64,000 nucleotides of DNA from the human T2T-CHM13v2.0 reference genome, Homo sapiens. Both the position numbers and the translations under genes were made by a program. Positions 13,834-25,899 of this stretch are shown one piece after another (positions within the stretch are counted from its first letter, which is position 1; the number at the start of each line of letters is the position of its first letter). The notes beneath the pieces are model-generated. The model ran no database searches. It was not told the DNA's origin and saw nothing but the letters and a program-made list of their open reading frames with translations. Location: the NCBI RefSeq assembly GCF_009914755.1, contig NC_060932.1; one strand, 5' to 3'.

Positions 13834-14327
13834 CCTGAATGGAACCTAAAATGGCAAAGTACTTACATTATTAAAATAAATGAATTCAACGACAACAAAA
13901 AAGAGAATGGCTCAGAATTGTTGAGCAGTAGCGTGTAAAGACGGGGTTGTGGGAAATGGAGCTGACGTTTGTCACAGCTATTCGGAGTGGGGGTCTTCCT
14001 AAGGGAAGGCAGGAAGGCCCTGCGGTGCGGAAAGATCATGGTGGCTATGATTTGAAGAATTAGTTTAAGAAGAGCAAGACTGGAAACACGGAGAACAATT
14101 CGGAGGTTGTTCTCTGCCTCTTGAACACTTTCGGAAGTCGAGGTGGTAGAATCGCTTCAGGCCAGGAGGTTGTGGTCATGCCTCTCCCCAAGCTCCAGTG
14201 AGGTCTGTGCCGGAAGCCCCGAAGCCCCACCACGCTGCAGATCTTCATGAAGCTGTGGCCGTTTCCAGGAGGCCACTCCGCTGGCTCTGGGTAGATCTGC
14301 CCCTGGACTGTTTGCCGACTGCCCGGA

Positions 14328-14341
14328 GCGCCCTCTGCCGG
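14328..14341 (-). promoter_or_regulatory. CTCF motif CCGGCAGAGGGCGC
   Basis: One mismatch to CCASYAGRKGGCRS; sits in a CpG-retaining non-repeat stretch with ETS-like CCGGAAG at 14210. Confidence 0.6.
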
Positions 14342-14815
14342 TCTGCAGCTTCCCACACCACACGGAAGAAGTGGGGAAACTGAGGATACATTCTTTCCTC
14401 CTCCAGGTAAAGGGATTCTCAATGAAGGGTGAGTAATGATAATCCTACTCAAACTGAGAATAAATACACCATTTCGCTGCTGCAGGTTGCCTCTGAGACA
14501 TGCCCAGAGATGACCGAGCCCCAGGACGATTCTCATACCTGATGCTCGTTTGGTGTTTCTGTGATTATCTGTGAGTGACAGGATCCCAAGACCCGGCCTC
14601 CTCCGTTCCATGAATGCTCCAGCTCCCCTAGTCTCATCTTATTGCTGATTTGATGTGCTAAGTTTCTCCCTTAGGTGTTCCACACAAGAGCTATAAACAC
14701 TCCCACCATTATTAACATCAAAGAAAGCATTATATACCATTGTGAGAGTGCGGAATTCCATAAGTCATTAACTCTTTGTAAGCCTCGGTTTCCTCATTCA
14801 AGACATGGAGAAATA

Positions 14816-15124
14816 GAGCCGGGCATGGTGGTTCATACATGTAATCCCAACACTTTGGGAGGTCAAGGTGGTAGGATCGCTTCAGGCCAGGAGTTCAAGA
14901 CCAGCCTGAGCAACATCGTGAGACCCCCATCTCTATAAAAAAAAAAATTAAAAATTAGCCAGGTGTGGTGGTGTGCACCAGTAGTCCTGGGTACTTGGGA
15001 GGCCGAGGTGGGAGGATCACTTAAGCCTAGGAGTTGAGGTTGCAGTGAGCTATGATCATACCTCTACACTCCAGCCAGGGTGACAGAGCAAGACTGTGTC
15101 TCAAAAATAAGAAAATAAAAAGAA
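14816..15124 (+). mobile_element. AluJ inserted in MIR
   Basis: TSD agacatggagaaata/agaaatggagaaata. Confidence 0.93.
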
Positions 15125-15409
15125 AGAAATGGAGAAATATATCCATCTATTGTGTTTCACTAGAGAGCAAATAGATAATGTAGGTAAATGATATATATGT
15201 AATTGTTGTTAATCAAATGCCTATCTATAGATAATGCTACGTCGAATAAAGAAAATAAAAGTATCTAAATTTTAGGAGCATTGAAGCCAAACTAAAACAC
15301 ATTGAGAGGATATTCAAGATTTGAAGATTTGAAATGGTAATATTAAACAGCACTTTCTAGATCTTAATGGAATTTTTCTGTGCATCCCATCGTTCAAAAG
15401 ATAGAGTGA

Positions 15410-15570
15410 TACAATGATATAAAGTCATGCACACCCGGATTTGAACTATTATTCTACCCCTTATTTGTTTTATTACCTTGGGCAAATTAGCTAATATTCT
15501 CAAACTGAATTTCTTTTTCTGAAATAGGATTAGATAATACCTTCCTCACACAGTTATAAGCAGAGATAAG
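15410..15570 (+). mobile_element. MIR
   Basis: accttgggcaaattagctaat...ataataccttcctcacacagtt. Confidence 0.6.
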
Positions 15571-15571
15571 A

Positions 15572-15776
15572 CTAGAGTGAGGTGAGTTGCCTCAGGCACA
15601 AAATTTAAGGGGGCACCAAAAAACTCACTAAGCAAGGTAAATAATATTTTAATGCAATATTTTAAAAAATCAAAATGAATACAAAAAGACAATGAACAAA
15701 ATATGAAATGAAGACAACCAGTAAAACAGATTTTTTCCTTTTGCCTTACATTCCAGGATGGCTCAGCATAGCACTA
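15572..15776. mobile_element. hAT non-autonomous element (MER96-like)
   Basis: gcctcaggcacaaaatttaagggggcacc. Confidence 0.45.
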
Positions 15777-15844
15777 ATACATTAAATGAGATAATATGAG
15801 TAAACATCTACAATAGGGCATGTCACATAGTACTGCTCCATGAA

Positions 15845-16136
<292 letters not shown>

Positions 16137-16155
16137 CTGCTCCATGAATTTTTAA

Positions 16156-16213
16156 GAAAGGCAGGAAAGAAGGAAGGAAGGTAAGAAGAAAGGAAGGAAG
16201 GTAGGAAGGAAGG
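16156..16213. repeat. Imperfect (GGAA)n purine tract
   Basis: gaaggaaggaaggtaagaagaaaggaaggaag. Confidence 0.8.
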
Positions 16214-16896
16214 ATCATTTCATCTCTGACTCTCAAAATTGTTACTAGAATAAGAGTTGATGAATATAAAGTTAGTGGTGCACAGTGAATGATATTAAAT
16301 TGCAGCAATTTTTGTTTTATCTATAAAACATTCCCACATGCCTACTCGGCTTTCATCTTCATCATGAGGTAGCTGGATGGGTATCGTGTACACTTCACAG
16401 GTAAGGAAATGAGTGTATTAAGTGAACACCAACAATAAGCTGGAACCCATATCCTCTTACTCCTAATTGCATGCTCTTCCAACACACCCCACTTTGCCTG
16501 TTTGAAATCTAACAAGCTCTGTAACATTGTGGCTCTGATTGACAAGACTGAGGATCCCAACTTTGACCTATCAGCTATCACCCTTCCTTTGCCCACTGCT
16601 TAGATTTTGGAGGGATTTGGAAACTGCTGGACAGACACTCCCACAGCAGTGGGTGGAGGCAGCTGATACCCATAGGGAAGCCCTTCTTTCCCAAATTCCC
16701 ACTTGAGCAGGGCATCCTGCGAGAGCCGGGAAAAGGGTATGGAGAACATGAGGTTAGGGACAAGGGTTCAATTACTCTTTTGGGATGGAGTGAAAACCAG
16801 CAGCCTAAAACACAAAGGGGACAGCTGGAGAGAGGGAACTGTCAGCGTGTGAGAAGAAGCTATGACTCACCAGACCCCAGTGGGAAGCTGACCCTG

Positions 16897-17253
16897 TGTA
16901 TTAGTCCATTTTCACGCTGCAGATAAAGACATACCCGAGACTGGTCAATTTACAAAAGAAAGAGGCCTAATTGGACTTACAGTTCCACGTGGCTGGGGAA
17001 GCCTCACAATCATGGCGTAAGGCAAGGAAGAGCAAGTCGCATCTTACATGGATGGCGGCAGGCAAAAGGAGACAGCTTGTGCAGGGGAACTCCTCTTTTT
17101 AAAACCATCAGATCTCACGAGACTTATTCATTATCACGAGAACAGCGCAGGAAAGACTTGCCCCCATGATTCAATTATCTCCCTCTGGGTCCCTCTCACA
17201 ACACATGGGAATTCAAGATGACATCTGCATGGGGACACAGCCAAACCATATCA
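16897..17253 (-). mobile_element. THE1A/B solo LTR
   Basis: TGTATTAGTCC...CAGCCAAACCATATCA; TSD CCCTG/CCCTA. Confidence 0.93.
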
Positions 17254-18185
17254 CCCTATGATAGGATACAGACAGACATGCTGACCGGTTAACTGTGGGA
17301 CTGTTGTGCTTGAGGTTACTGTGAATCACCTATTACACAACAGAATGGGTTTTTTAATAAAAATATATACATATTATATTTTTAGTAAGAAGTATAGAAA
17401 AAGTTACACTGTCTCTTTTCATTCCATGCCACCCATGGTGCCACTTCATGAAGGCAAGCTCTTTGAAAGTTTCTGGAATTTTCTTCCAGTGGTTGGTTTA
17501 CAAGGCTAGAGCATATGCTTCTACCACCATGTCTGAATGTATCAATCATAACTGATGTCTGTTGATGACCATGCAAGCCACATACACGAGGAGGCTTTAG
17601 CTCACCTGCTCTCACCCTCTCCTTTGGGGTCTCCTCCCAATACTTGATATTTGTTATTATTTTTATTCTTTATTTGATTACGTTTGTATCTCTAAATAAT
17701 GGAAACATCTATTTCTTTTTCCATCAATTCTCCACAGTCTCTGCTGCCTTGGTGCCCAAGTAAAGAGGGTGTCAACACCCAACATGCTCCCCACTTACTC
17801 CCACTTCACCTTGGTTGGTTGGCTCAGACTTGGCTTTCATGGCAGGTCTGCCCCTGCAGGCTTGTGTGCACCTTCCACACTTAGATACCTCTACTACCTG
17901 AAAACCAGCATGCAGCATGTACATCAAGAGTACCAGGCACATAGTGCTCAAGTCTGGGCTAATATGCCACCTGCAGAGAGATGTAAAGATGAAGAAGACA
18001 AAGCCATGTTTTCAAAGTGATCACAATCTGGTAATGAGGACAGAACTTTTCTGTTTTACATCCTTAAGTCTTTGGCTAGAAGAAAATACACATTGCAGGG
18101 TCTATGTAAGACACCCAGGAAGCTATCTTGACTTTTAGCTAAATTTGTTAACCCTCCCTTGATGCATTTCAGAATTTAGAGTCAT

Positions 18186-18460
18186 ATTCATTCATGTAAC
18201 AAATATTTATTGAGTAGCTATGATAGGCCAGACACCGTGCCAGGTGTGGGGGTTACACAGTCAACAGAAGAAGAACAAAAACAAGCATGGCCCTGCTCTT
18301 ATTTAGCACAAGAGACATACAAACAAATAATCGCATATACAAACCTCCTAATAATTAATACATAATGCCTAATATAGTATGTAGACATTTTAAATAAACT
18401 TATAAATTGTGATAAACACCATGAAGGAAAAGAACCGGTGTTAGGAGAAAGGAAGGGCTC
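18186..18460 (-). mobile_element. L2 3' end
   Basis: attcattcatgtaacaaatatttattgag...tgccaggtgtgggg. Confidence 0.7.
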
Positions 18461-18508
18461 CTGGGCTCCTGAATGGGAGCTTCATGAAATGAGTGGCTAA
18501 ATTCCGCG

Positions 18509-18534
18509 TTTGTTTTTTCTTTTCTTTTCTTTTC

Positions 18535-18566
<32 letters not shown>

Positions 18567-18834
18567 CCAGACAGGATATCGCTCTGTCACTCAGGCTGGA
18601 GTGTAGCTCACTGCAGCCTCGACCTCCTCAGCTCAAGCCATCCTCCCACCTCAGCCTCTGGAGTAGCTGGGACTACAGGCATACACCACCACACCCACCT
18701 AATTTTTGAATTTTTCATAGAGATGGGGTTTCACCATGTTGCCCAGGCTGGTCTTGAACTCCTGGGTTCAAGCCATTCACCTGCCTCAGCCTCCCAAAGT
18801 GCTGAGATTATAGGGTGAGCCACCATGCCCCGCC
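18509..18834 (-). mobile_element. AluJ with (TTTTC)n tail
   Basis: Antisense dimer, GCAGCCTCGACCTCC. Confidence 0.93.
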
Positions 18835-19200
18835 TTTTCTGATCATTTTCTATGCTTTGGGGCTTACATATCATGGGGATTTTCTGTTTCCTAAAAATTT
18901 GAAAGAACTCATCTTTCAGAAGCATTGAACTGATTTATGGTTCCATCTGCCCCTTTCCACATCTCACAACTCTGAATATTATAATTTTTTAGTCATTACC
19001 AACTGGAGAAGCAAAAATAATAGTAATCACAATTTTATTTTTCACTGTATTCAACAATATGCATTTAACAAATACTGAGTGTCAATGCACTATATGTTAG
19101 GGATAAAATCATGACCAAAACCAACATGGTACCTGCTTTCATGGGACATTGAAGTTGGTGGCCATTTCTTTCATTTATTTTAGAGTTAAAACATTTTCTT

Positions 19201-19484
19201 GGCTGGATGTGGTGGCTCACGCCTGTAATCCCAGTACTTTGGGAGGCTGAGGTGGGCGGATTACCTGCAGTCAGGAGTTCCAGACCAGCCTCGCCAACAT
19301 GGCAAAACCCCATCTCTACTAAAAATACAAAAATTAGCGGGTGCCTGTAATCCCAGCTACTCAGGAGCCTGAGGCAGTAGAATCTCTTGAACCCAGGAGG
19401 CAGAGGTTGCAGTGAGCCGAGATCACACCATTGCACTCCAGCCTGGCCAACAAGACCAAAACTCCGACTCAAAAAAAAAAAAAA
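19201..19484 (+). mobile_element. AluS (Sq-like)
   Basis: TSD aaacattttctt/aaaattttctt. Confidence 0.93.
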
Positions 19485-19492
19485 TTTTCTTC

Positions 19493-20010
19493 GCAAGTTT
19501 TATAAACTGGGTGCTCCAATGTTGGGTACATATATACTTAGGATAGTTAAATCTCATTGAATTGAACCCTTTATAATTATGTAATGTCCTTCTTTGTCCT
19601 TTTGTTATGGTGACTAGTTTGAAGTGTGTTTTGTCTGATACAACAATAATGACCTCTTCTATTTTTTGTTTTCCTTTTGCTTGGTACATCTTTCTCCATC
19701 TCTTTACTTTGAGCCTGTGGGTGTCACTACATGTGAGATGGATGTCTTAAAAACAGCAGAAGATTGGGTTTTTTTTTATTATTATTCAATTTGCCACTGT
19801 ATGTCTTTTTAAATGGAGCAATTAGGCCATTTACGTTCAAGGCTAATATTGATATGTGTGGTTTTGTTCCTGTCGTAGTGTGGTTAGTTAGTTGCTTTGT
19901 AGTCTCAATTGTGTAGTTGCTTAATAGGGTCTGTGGGCTTTGTATTTACTTGTGCTTTTGTTATAGCAAGTATTGTTCTTTCATTTCCATGTTTAGAACT
20001 CCCTTGAGCA
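19493..20010 (-). mobile_element. L1 ORF2 endonuclease-region fragment (decayed)
   Basis: Translation YQAKGKQK..VIIVVSDKTHFK resembles L1 ORF2p YQANGKQKKAGVAILVSDKTDFK; frameshifted. Confidence 0.85.
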
Positions 20011-22794
20011 TATTGGCTATTCATTGCTTTTTGTTTCTTGTGGGAGCATTTCCATTTTTCTTACATTCATACATATGTGAAACTCATGCATATCAGACTG
20101 CACCCTCACTTTGATCTGCTGCCATGGAGCCATGCAAAGTGAGGACAGCCTATGAAATCTTACATACTTAGGAAAATAACATGCATGCCATTTTCTTTGA
20201 CACCTTTCCCTGCCTCTGATCCCACTCTCAGCATCTCATGCCCAATTCCCCATTTCCCAGATAAGCCAGATTTTAAAAGTTATGAGTGTCCTTCTTCAGT
20301 TTTTTCATAATAATATATCCTATACAAACACATACATGAGGCAGGTTCACATGCACACACGTTCACACAGGACTTGCTTTTCTGGTATCATTTGTTTTAT
20401 ATACAATTTTCTGCACCTTAAATTAGTTACTGAAACATTTCCTCAGGGAATGGAGTGATTTGCTCCAAGTAATCCGATGTGACTCAATTTTTTATGGTTG
20501 CACAATATTTTATGGTGTGGCTGTATCATTACTTATTCTGCCATTTCCCTATACACAGGGAATTCTCTTTTTACCAGTTCTTGGCCACCACAAACAATGC
20601 TGCAACAAACATAATGCCTTCATGAACTAGATACATTTGTTTTTATGCAATAAACTCCTGGAAGTGCAATGCTGGTTCTCAAAGGGTATATGATATTTTG
20701 AATTTTAATAGATGTTACGTTCCCAGTTGTGTTTCAAGAAGGATGTAAGGTGTCACATTCCTTTAAGCAGTTATAAAAGTGTCTTTCACTCACACCCTTG
20801 AGAACAATGAGTTTGAGAGTTCTTTTTAATTTTGCTAGTCTGATAGGTGTATGCTGGTATTTTATTGTTGCTGTACTTTGCATTTCCCTGATTACTAGTG
20901 AATTTGAGCATCTTTTCATATAGTCCCTAGCTATTCATTCTGTAAATTGTCTATTCAAACATATTGCCTAGTTTTCTATTGCTTTTTCTGTCTTTTGTCA
21001 ATTAATTAGAGCTCTGTATATTACAGAAATTAACTTTTTGACATCTGCATTACAAATATTTTCCAAGATCTATTATTTATCTATAGACTTCTTTATGGAA
21101 ATATTTTTTACACAAAAACCTTAAATTTTTGTGATGCTAGCTACATGTTGATTTTTGTGTTTGATATGACAATAGAAACTATTTTTTCTTCCAGATAGTT
21201 ATGCAGTTATGCCAATGCCATTAATTTCCCTCTGAAATGAACCACCACACTTGCCTTATGTTAAATTCTCATTTATTCCAACATCTCTTTCTAGATTGTC
21301 AATTCTATTCCACGGACCTACTTATATAGGTAGAAATAAACCATAAAAAGGGAACTAATACATCTTAACTATTTGTAAATAAGAACCACAGTCCCAGATA
21401 ACACCAGGATCAAAGAGGAAATTTAAAAAGAAATTACTATCTAGAAACAAGAAAAGGAGAATTACTGAAATGGGAAAATCAAAGGATATATGATAATGAA
21501 GTATACGATTAGAATAGTCTGTATTCTTATATAAATACCATTTTGGTTTTATTACAAAGGCTTTACTGTATATATTGTAGAGGAAGCAGATTATCTCTCA
21601 TTGTTCTCTTTTCTCATAATTTTCTTAGTTATTCCTGAACATTCTACCATATGAAATTTAAGATGTTTTCATCGAGTTCTAAATAAAAACTCCATCGAAT
21701 TTGAAATTGAAATTGAAATATGTTATATATCAATTTGGGGGGATTGTCTTTATTATATAATCCTCCTATCCAAGAATGCATTATGCCTCTCTATTTAGTC
21801 AGATCTTACCTTATGTCTTTTTAGTAAGATATTTTAGATCTTTTCATAGAGATTCTGAGTTTCTACTTTTAAATACATTTGTCACTATTTTTAATGATAT
21901 AATTTTTCTGTTCCCATTACTAGGTGCTTATTGCTAGAGTGGTGAAAAATACTGATTTTTATACAATTATCTTATATCCAAATTAATTTATTAAATCCAG
22001 TAGAGTTTTATCCCAAGATTCCTTGATATATAGGAATTCTACTATGTTATCTTATTAGTAGAAAAAAGAGATGGTTTTATCTATTTGTCTTCCAATGCTT
22101 ATGCCAGTTATTTAATTTTCTTGCCTTATTACATTGCTAAAACCGCCCAAGTAATGTTAAGTAATAATGGTGATTGTAGGCTTTCCTCTTTCTAGGGTTT
22201 TCTGTAATTGAAGTTACCTTAGTGTCTTTCATTTTAGGATAATATTTACTGTTGGTTTTGATAGTCTTTATATTCAAGAGTTTCCTTCTTTTTATTCCTA
22301 TTTTTATTAAGAATGATGGATAAATTCAAACTTATTGTCTGATGTTTTTTGACATTGACTATTGTGATCATATGGTTTTTCTCTCTTAATTTATTGATAT
22401 GTTTATTTTCTTTTCTACTTTTTTGTTGGTTTCTTATTTCAGTGATTCTCCTTTTCTTTGTTTCTAGATAGTAATTTCTTTTTAAATTTCTTCTTTGATC
22501 CTGGTGTTATCTAGGACTGTGGTTCTTATTTACAAGTAGTTCAGATTTATTAGTTCCCTTTTTACAGTTTCTTTCTAATTTTATTGGCTCATGGCTGCAG
22601 AATGTAGCCTATCAAAGCTTTATTGTTTTTATCATGCTCATTTTTTATAAAGTTTTATGCATATTTTAAAAATAATGTATGTTCTCTATTTAAAGGATTT
22701 AACATTATGTATTGATTGTATCAAGGCTATTGATATTATTATTTAGTTCCTCTATGTTCTGACTTTGAAAATGTACTACATAGATTTGAATTTA

Positions 22795-23315
22795 TGAGAG
22801 ACAAATCTGGACATCCTGCAGGCTCATTGCCTTCTCCCTCTTAGAAGCCTAGTAGAGATTTGACTCCAATGGACTGAGCCAGCCTGGCAAGAGACAGGCA
22901 GTTGTCATCATTCCCAGCAAGCAAAGCTGTTCCCAGGGCCCTCCCCATGCAGACTGCTAGCACTGATCTTGGACCTGGAAGATCTCAAGACACATTTTAG
23001 TTACTCAGAAAAACCAGGTTCCCTAGCCTCTGTTGGACTTACCCCATAAATATGTAATGTGATGGGCAGTGGGGCTTGTTCTCTGTGGAGTGCCCTGGGT
23101 GGAACATTAGTCCTCTGGCCATGCTGCACCTAGGATGTTTAGAACCAGACTATTCTGTGGGATAACAACCGTTTCAGGGCAGTGCTCTGCTGCTCTCTGC
23201 TTATAAGTTTTCTCCCAACAAACCCAACGTCACCTCTGCAGCACAGGGCATTAGTGATGTGTGCTCACGGCCCTGGCATGACACAAGTCTACCCCTCTTT
23301 AGAGGGGTAATTAAG
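22795..23315 (+). mobile_element. Probable ERVL-class solo LTR inside L1
   Basis: Abrupt GC-richer ~520-bp block starting TG; TATA-like cataaatat; family not securely identified. Confidence 0.5.
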
Positions 23316-23655
23316 CCTCCCACTAAAATTTTGGGTTTTTTTTAATCAAGTTCTCTTTTTATTTTGTTTTGGATTTATTGCCACAGATGGCATACAGTTT
23401 GGTGCATAAATGTTTATGACTTTTTTCATCAATTGTATAGTTAATCATTATAGAGTGTCTCCCTTTATTCCACTGAGTGTTTTAGTCCTAAATTCCACTT
23501 TATTTGATACTAATATTACTCTTCCTGGGTGATTTTGGTTTCCATTTGTTGCATTTGTCCATTCCTTTTATCATTCCTATTGTTATCTTGTAATTGTATT
23601 TCTTCTAAATAACATATATTTGAGTTTTTCCTTATATGCCAAAATGATTAGTAAT

Positions 23656-23956
<301 letters not shown>

Positions 23957-24859
23957 AATTTCTTAATAGATGATTTCAAATTATTATATTTAATGTGATA
24001 ACTAATGCATCTTGTATGTTATATATGTATACATAATAAATGTGTTACTCTATATTTATTACTTACTTTAGATTGTTGTGGGGTTTTTTTCTGTCTTCTT
24101 TTTTACTGGTTTGATGTATTGGCCTTTCTTAAAATCTTGATAGTTTAGAGATTCTGCTGTGTGTCTGCATCCCACTGCTAGTAACTGTCCCTTTCTCTAT
24201 TGTCTTAATCAATACATATGAAGCTAGTGTTATTTATAAGCAAGATATCTACTATTTTCCGGTCGATATGTAGTATTCTCTCACAATGACACTGTAATTT
24301 CTCACAATCTCCTATCTTCACCCTTTCTTTTCCTGTTGCCCTTTGAGTTTTTGAAAGCTTTTAAATCCTCCTCCTACTCAAACCCACCCCCAGATTCTAG
24401 GTTTGGCTGAGATCACTTAGAATTTCCTTTTCAGTATTTCTCCCCTGCTTCAGAATGGCTCATTCACCTTTCATAATACATATTACCAAAACCAGGGGGT
24501 TGTCCAAGGGGATTCAGTGGAAGCAGAGAATGTCACAGAGAGTTCACAAAATGCCTCGTGAAGAGGCTAATATTTGTTTGTGAAACTTCTATGTAGTCTA
24601 AATATGCTCACCTTTAATTATTTCCCCAAAAACGTCCATGAGGATAATGCCATTTAATAGAAGATCAGAGGAACATATTAGACTGAGAGAGAGTGGAGAA
24701 CGTGGCCATTTCAAACTAGCAGTTTACGCAAAAGGGCACAGAAGTGGGAAAGAACAAAGAGGTATGTAGGGAAGGCAGAAGTAGCCAATATTTTTTCCCA
24801 GGAAAAAAATGGGGACAGAAGAACTGGTAGAGAAATTTTACATTGCCTTTCATACATTT

Positions 24860-25210
24860 GTTAAGTCAATTCAATATTTATTTTTGCTCTGTTACACGCT
24901 AGACAGTCTTCCGAGTGCACGCTGCTAGATCTAGGACATGAAATTCCCTTCATGCAGGACAGACAGCAAGGCCAGCAACATGACACAGAAGCACAGGGGG
25001 CTGGGAGAGCGCAGAGCAGGCACTTCTAGCCTGGTCAGGCAGGAGTTTGGGGGTTGGGCTTGAGACAAAGCATCCTCAGAGGAAGTAGCATTGAAGCTGA
25101 CAATCGTAAGCTGAAAATGCAGCAGGGAACTAAAGGAAGTTAGGGAAAGGAGGGCCAGCGAGGGTTTCAGACACGTGCAAAAGCCTACGATGAGGGAAAT
25201 CTGGGGGCAT
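24860..25210 (-). mobile_element. L2 fragment
   Basis: cctcagaggaagtagcattgaagctga...tgcaaaagcct. Confidence 0.55.
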
Positions 25211-25292
25211 CCAAGGAAATTCAAGTAATTTTTACCTACTGATGACCATATAGACTGTCTTCTCTTGAATTATTCTACTTTTTCTTCCTATA

Positions 25293-25428
25293 ATTTATTT
25301 ATGTATTTAATATTTTTTAGAGACAGGGTCTTGCTATGTTGCCTCAGCTGGACTCACGGGCTGAAGCGATCCTCCCACCATAACCTCTTGAGTAGCTGAG
25401 ATTACAAGTGCTTGCCACCACACCTGGC
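25293..25428 (-). mobile_element. FLAM/FAM Alu monomer
   Basis: Single ~130-bp antisense monomer. Confidence 0.85.
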
Positions 25429-25782
25429 TTTACAGAATTTTTTCATGTGCTATTTATTGGGCTTGGCTCAATTATCCTTGTGCCTCCAGTCACAACTGGA
25501 CTCTAAATGCTGTTAATCCAGAGACAAAATGGATTCCAAGTGAAGGGTCTCTTGCTTCGCAGCCAGGATTCAGTACCAGCTATCTCCCTCCAAACGGGGC
25601 TATGTTCATGAGATTTTGCTGGGATTCCTTATTCCTATTTTGTATTAACACCTCATGTGTTTCCCAGGAATGGAATCATGAGTCAGCCTTCTGTGTCTTC
25701 TCCCAAGTCCAATCACCCTTCTCCCTGTGGGGTCTTTCAGCTTCAATTCAAAAAACTTTTTCAATTTTATGGAATAGTTTAT

Positions 25783-25784
<2 letters not shown>

Positions 25785-25819
<35 letters not shown>
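25785..25819. repeat. (GT)17 microsatellite
   Basis: Pure GT run. Confidence 0.97.
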
Positions 25820-25822
<3 letters not shown>

Positions 25823-25899
25823 AAGGTGATTGCTTAACTTGGTAACACGGCTGTTATTCACATTGCAACACCCTGGCCTTTGACTTCAGAGCTTGTGTG

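Noticed and set aside
14060-14611. 183-aa minus-strand ORF
   Set aside because: No recognisable domain, includes the copied Alu fragment, and the length is plausible by chance in GC-rich DNA
16156-16213. GGAA tract as an EWS-FLI1 response microsatellite
   Set aside because: Too interrupted; no long run of consecutive GGAA units
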